Source: Candidatus Saccharimonadota bacterium (GTDB lineage Archaea; Micrarchaeota; Micrarchaeia; Micrarchaeales; Micrarchaeaceae). From it: a stretch of 32,000 nt of DNA. The stretch is taken from positions 510,001-542,000 of the forward strand of contig NZ_CP019964.1 in NCBI RefSeq assembly GCF_002214165.1. Reading direction: 5' to 3'. The notes under the pieces were generated by a model. It made no database searches, was not told the DNA's origin, and saw only the letters and a program-made list of their open reading frames with translations. Of this stretch, positions 28,460 to 32,000 are shown piece by piece (position 1 is the stretch's first letter; each line of letters begins with the position of its first letter). The position numbers and the translations under genes are program-made.

Positions 28460-29806
28460 TCAATTAAATTGTATCCTTTGTTGTGGCCGAATCGATTTCC
28501 TTTTTACAAGATTTATATACTGCATGCTGTAAAGATTGTCAAACTTTCTGTAATCAATATCCCCAACTATTGCTTTCTCAACGATTAATGAATCGAATTT
28601 TACTCCTTTTATTATCTCTGAAAGCTCGTTCTCGGTTTTCTCAATGTCTCCCTCTTTAAGTGCAGGGAAAAGGTAGAATATGCCATTAGGGGTCTCCATA
28701 TCACAGATGTAAGAGAACCTATTAATAAACCGATTAGGCTCATTTATTATATATTTATGGTGGTTATCCCTAAACTTCATAAACTCGGTATAATTGATCA
28801 AAACTGCAATTAATGCTATATCATATTTCTTGTTAATCTTCTTTACCCTTAAAGTTGGCCTTGATATAACATTCTTTCCTTCTTCATTTTTAAGATCCTT
28901 ATATGCTTTCTTGGCACTGCCTGCGGGAAGATTGTACTTTTTATCTATGGCTGATAAACTCTTTTTACTATTCTCGTTAAGTTCATGAAGAAGTGCGTAC
29001 TCCCTGTACATTAAACTTGATAGACTTGGGCGTTCTCCCTTCTTTTTCCTTTGCCAGACCTTTTCTTTAAGTGCATCAAAGAACTCCTGCCTTAATGGTA
29101 TAAAACCATAGTCACCAGAAATAGGAGTTATGTACCATTCTGCTTCTATATCATTTAAGGCTTCAGAAGTCCTTATGTTATCAAGGACTTCTGCAACGAC
29201 ATTGTTGTTTTCTGCAACACAGAAAATTACCAGATCATAGATTCCCTTGGTTGCAAGTGCAAGCTGGACCCTCGGATTCTTTTCCAAGAAATCTCCTATT
29301 TTCTCAAAGTTGGGTTTACTCCTTGTGAATTTTGCAAGAATCATATATTCGGAAAATCCAAGATTGTTCATGTTTAATTCAAGCGTATACTTTATCCCAA
29401 GTAGTCTTTCAAGCCTTTCGATGCGGTATTCGAGTGCATGGATCGATATCCCTGTTATCTCTGATAATCTTTTAAGAGAAAGCCTTGAGTTCATGCTCAA
29501 GGCCTTAAGCAATTTTATATCTTCATCGCTTATATTGTTCCCTGTTATATTTTTGCTCTTCCGCTCTTTTTTCTCCTTATTGCTTATCTTTTTATAAACA
29601 AGGGATGCCTGCTTTGAATCTGCAAGTATAACTATCCCGTTTGAGGTTATTCGGCCAATATAGCTATCGGATTCACTAGACTCTTCATTGCTATTAGTAA
29701 GAAAGACGTAGAACTCGTTGTCTATTATCTTAAGTTCCAAGCTCTGCCCATATATGCCTTTTAACTCGTTGAATGCTTCTTGGACTTTTTCTGGAACTTC
29801 CACCAT
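28460..29806 (-). CDS. Tandem double Lrp/AsnC-module protein with unassigned N-terminal domain, paralogue C
   Basis: This 448-aa ORF has the same architecture as 26813-28186. The core is roughly 85-90% identical in protein sequence by eye. The N-terminal about 100 aa are much more diverged, although the motif xVxxPxKVxxAFxELKxxYGxxxELK is retained. Confidence 0.7.
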   Translation of the reverse strand: MVEVPEKVQEAFNELKGIYGQSLELKIIDNEFYVFLTNSNEESSESDSYIGRITSNGIVILADSKQASLVYKKISNKEKKERKSKNITGNNISDEDIKLLKALSMNSRLSLKRLSEITGISIHALEYRIERLERLLGIKYTLELNMNNLGFSEYMILAKFTRSKPNFEKIGDFLEKNPRVQLALATKGIYDLVIFCVAENNNVVAEVLDNIRTSEALNDIEAEWYITPISGDYGFIPLRQEFFDALKEKVWQRKKKGERPSLSSLMYREYALLHELNENSKKSLSAIDKKYNLPAGSAKKAYKDLKNEEGKNVISRPTLRVKKINKKYDIALIAVLINYTEFMKFRDNHHKYIINEPNRFINRFSYICDMETPNGIFYLFPALKEGDIEKTENELSEIIKGVKFDSLIVEKAIVGDIDYRKFDNLYSMQYINLVKRKSIRPQQRIQFN

Positions 29807-29970
29807 TTAGAGGCCTTAGTGCAATATAACGCATTAAAATTATTTATTGGTTGCTATAGGCAGCAGTTTGAAGATTTTGGTATTGTACCTTTATGAATAT
29901 TGAAACGCTTCTTGTTTACGATCTTGAAATTGCAATACATAAAGAGCGAAAAAAAGTATTAAATTGATAG

Positions 29971-30564
29971 TCAAAAATGTATTATTCGTGTTGGCTTTAC
30001 ATAACAGTTCCTGCATCTTGGCTCGTACAATCCCTTTCCGCCTATTTTTATTATAGCTCCAAAATATGGCTTTCCATCATTTATCCTTTGTGTAAATGTG
30101 GCATCCTCTCCGCATTTCGAGCAAACGGCAGTAAGCGAATATATTTCATCTGAAATGCCCAAAATCTTTTTCGTAATTGCAAAGGGTTTCCCAAAATGGT
30201 CCCTGTTCAACGCAGAGCAGTAGATAGTTTTTCCAGAAAATGCGAGGTCTTCTATGAAATCGTCAATATGCGAGGATTCCTTCCAGAATTGAACTTCGTC
30301 AAACCCGATTATATTTATGCCTTTTATTTTACCCTTGATCGAATCCCTAGAGTCCAATCCAATTGGGGATCTTATTGCATTCATCTTTATTCCGTTGTGG
30401 CTTGTAACCTCGTTTTCAGAATACCTGAAATCTATATTTGGCTTAAATAATGCAACCTTTCTTCCAGCTCTCATATGCCTTTCAAGGAGCTCTATCAGCC
30501 TGGAGGTTTTTCCGGAGAACATAGGGCCTGTTATAGTTATTACTTTACCAATCTTATTACCCAA
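29971..30564 (-). CDS. tdk: Thymidine kinase
   Basis: The P-loop is GPMFSGKTS. DEVQFW is present. The C-terminal zinc motif is CSKCG...CRNCY. At 197 aa it fits type II TK. Confidence 0.93.
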   Translation of the reverse strand: MGNKIGKVITITGPMFSGKTSRLIELLERHMRAGRKVALFKPNIDFRYSENEVTSHNGIKMNAIRSPIGLDSRDSIKGKIKGINIIGFDEVQFWKESSHIDDFIEDLAFSGKTIYCSALNRDHFGKPFAITKKILGISDEIYSLTAVCSKCGEDATFTQRINDGKPYFGAIIKIGGKGLYEPRCRNCYVKPTRIIHF

Positions 30565-30663
30565 TAAAGCACCACTTATTTATCCAAGTATTGATTAAAA
30601 TATTTTCTGTTAATTTTAGATAGTTTTAAAAGCAAATCATTCAAATTCATAAAGTGTGTATTT

Positions 30664-30996
30664 ATGGCTGACTTCAGCAATTTCTCAAACCTCGACATAA
30701 GAGTAGGAAAGATATTAGAAGCAAATGAATTCCCCGAGGCTAAAGTACCCTCTTATAAATTGAAAGTTGATTTTGGAAGCGGAATAGGGATTAAAAATTC
30801 CTCCGCGCACATAACAAACTATAATATAAAAGACCTCGAAGGCAAGAGGGTGATAGGCGTAGTTAACTTTCCCCCTAAGCAGGTAGGCCATTTCCTATCT
30901 GAAGTGCTTATATTGGGAGTGATGACGGATTCTGGAGTAAAGCTCTTGTCCGCAGATGATATAGACAATCTTGAGTTGGGTAGCAAGATAGGCTAA
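30664..30996 (+). CDS. tRNA-binding domain protein (CsaA/Trbp111-like OB fold)
   Basis: The sequence LDIRVGKILEANEFPEAKVPSYKLKVDFG...GKRVIGVVNFPPKQVGHFLSEVLILG is the characteristic CsaA/EMAP-type tRNA-binding domain pattern. The ORF is 110 aa. Confidence 0.85.
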   Translation: MADFSNFSNLDIRVGKILEANEFPEAKVPSYKLKVDFGSGIGIKNSSAHITNYNIKDLEGKRVIGVVNFPPKQVGHFLSEVLILGVMTDSGVKLLSADDIDNLELGSKIG

Positions 30997-31013
30997 GGCG
31001 AAGGTGCATATCC

Positions 31014-32000
31014 TTGGAATATACTTTGAACAAGGTCCTTGGGCTAAGGGACGCAGTAATAATCAACCTTGGCGCAATAATAGGCGCAGGCATATTCGTC
31101 ATAATAGGCTTGGCTATAGGAAGGTCGGGGCCTGCAATAATATTGTCAATACTCCTTTCGGCCTTCATAGCGATACTTACAGGATTGAGCTTCTCGGAGA
31201 TTGCAAGACATACTTCAAAAGAAGGGGGAGTGTATGAATATGGAAAAGAGGCATTCACCCCAGCCGCAGGATTTGTCGGAGGCTTGATGTGGACATTCAG
31301 CAACATGATAGCGATATCCGCGGTTGCATTGAGCTTGGGGCAGTATGTAGATTCATTCCTGAGCATAAAAACCCCTGCCATGTTTTTTGCAATACCTGCA
31401 ATAGTGATCTTTGCATTGCTGAACATATTTGGGATAAAGAATTCCGCGAAGACTCTCACAGCATTGGTTGCCCTGAACATAATCATACTTGTGCTTTTCA
31501 TAATGTTCGGGCTTACGCATTTTGCAATCTCCAATTTTACTAATTTCGCCCCAAATGGTTTCAATGGAATTCTTGCTGGATCTGCATTGATATTCTTTGC
31601 ATTTACCGGATTTTCAAGGGTCACGACAATTGGTGACGAGGTAAAGGATTCGGAGAAGACGATACCAAAGGCTATAGTGGCATCGATATTGATATCGGCC
31701 GTAATATACATTGCGATAGCCGTTGTCGCTGTTGGTTTGCTTCCCTACCAGGATATAGCTTCATCCGCTGCTCCTTTGTCTGCGGCAATAGCCGTATTGC
31801 ATAATCCCATAATTGATCTAATAATTGCATTTGGAGGTATTACCGCAACGGCTGGCGTTGTTCTTACTGGGATATTAGGGACAAGCAGGGTGTTATTCGC
31901 AATGGGCAGGGACAACGAGCTTCCCGGCCAGATTGCAAAGATAGACCGGTATTCAACGCCTCAAGTAGCAATAGTGCTTTCCGCCATAATAGCAATAGTA
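31014..32000 (+). CDS. APC-superfamily amino acid permease (partial; runs off the window)
   Basis: This ORF is absent from the supplied ORF track because no stop occurs in the window. My own translation in this frame is open to 32000. It reads LEYTLNKVLGLRDAVIINLGAIIGAGIFVIIGLAIGRSGPAIILS...FAFTGFSRVTTIGDEVKDSEKTIPKAI...TSRVLFAMGRDNELP, which are typical APC motifs. The probable start is TTG at 31014 or 31026. Confidence 0.85.
   Translation, partial: MEYTLNKVLGLRDAVIINLGAIIGAGIFVIIGLAIGRSGPAIILSILLSAFIAILTGLSFSEIARHTSKEGGVYEYGKEAFTPAAGFVGGLMWTFSNMIAISAVALSLGQYVDSFLSIKTPAMFFAIPAIVIFALLNIFGIKNSAKTLTALVALNIIILVLFIMFGLTHFAISNFTNFAPNGFNGILAGSALIFFAFTGFSRVTTIGDEVKDSEKTIPKAIVASILISAVIYIAIAVVAVGLLPYQDIASSAAPLSAAIAVLHNPIIDLIIAFGGITATAGVVLTGILGTSRVLFAMGRDNELPGQIAKIDRYSTPQVAIVLSAIIAIV

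Larger units (their letters stand above)
26400..29860. repeat. Tandem repeat of a roughly 1.6-kb gene-plus-promoter unit (2 full copies and 1 truncated copy)
   Basis: Perfectly identical tracts lie at a constant offset of 1644 bp: 26850-26983 = 28494-28627 (134 bp) and 27480-27626 = 29124-29270 (147 bp). An additional tract of about 71 bp ends near 27463/29107. Intergenic motif TTTTTACTAAATTATACTT occurs at 26681 and 28265. The upstream leader is shared by all three copies. Confidence 0.9.

Noticed and set aside
30908-31711. 267-aa ORF on the minus strand
   Set aside because: It is the antisense shadow of the APC permease gene. The translation has no motifs, and the opposite strand gives a clear transporter sequence.
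1-32000. CRISPR arrays, rRNA genes, and integrase or intact transposase genes
   Set aside because: No regularly spaced short direct repeats, rRNA-like segments, or tyrosine/serine recombinase, DDE or HUH motifs were seen in any long ORF.

Overview
This window is an archaeal chromosomal segment. The evidence is topoisomerase VI subunit A, an archaeal-type LeuRS, a membrane-anchored LonB protease, a tRNA with an intron at the canonical 37/38 position, and A/T-rich TATA-like boxes. A Thermoplasmata-like host is only an inference, drawn from composition and a glucose-1-dehydrogenase-like MDR enzyme.

A housekeeping core spans about 7.6-26.2 kb and 29.97-32 kb. It encodes an FAD-linked oxidase, a HAD phosphatase, leuS, class II RNR nrdJ, an A24 peptidase-like protein, top6A, lonB, a gdh-like enzyme, tRNA-Ile(GAU), tdk, a CsaA-like tRNA-binding protein and an APC permease. 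Two visibly more AT-rich islands interrupt it.

- Island 1 (1-7.5 kb) is a glycosylation cluster with four glycosyltransferases, one very large polytopic membrane protein and a probable gene remnant.
- Island 2 (about 26.25-29.95 kb, between tRNA-Ile and tdk) is the most unusual locus. It is a tandem array of roughly 1.6 kb units encoding two about 450-aa proteins. Each has an unrecognised N-terminal domain followed by two Lrp/AsnC-type wHTH+RAM modules. The cores contain long perfectly identical DNA tracts while the N-terminal about 100 codons are diverged. A third orphan copy keeps only the promoter and a 60-codon N-terminal cassette.

Three TnpB-less relics of an IS200/IS605-type element are also present. 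They share terminal hairpins that show compensatory changes, tnpB C-terminal motifs, and an omega-RNA-like 3' module. One relic is fused to a truncated AAA ATPase gene. The other two each sit just upstream of a small hypothetical gene.

No CRISPR array, rRNA gene or intact transposase was seen. All calls rest on reading the sequence and ORF translations by eye. No database search or folding computation was run.
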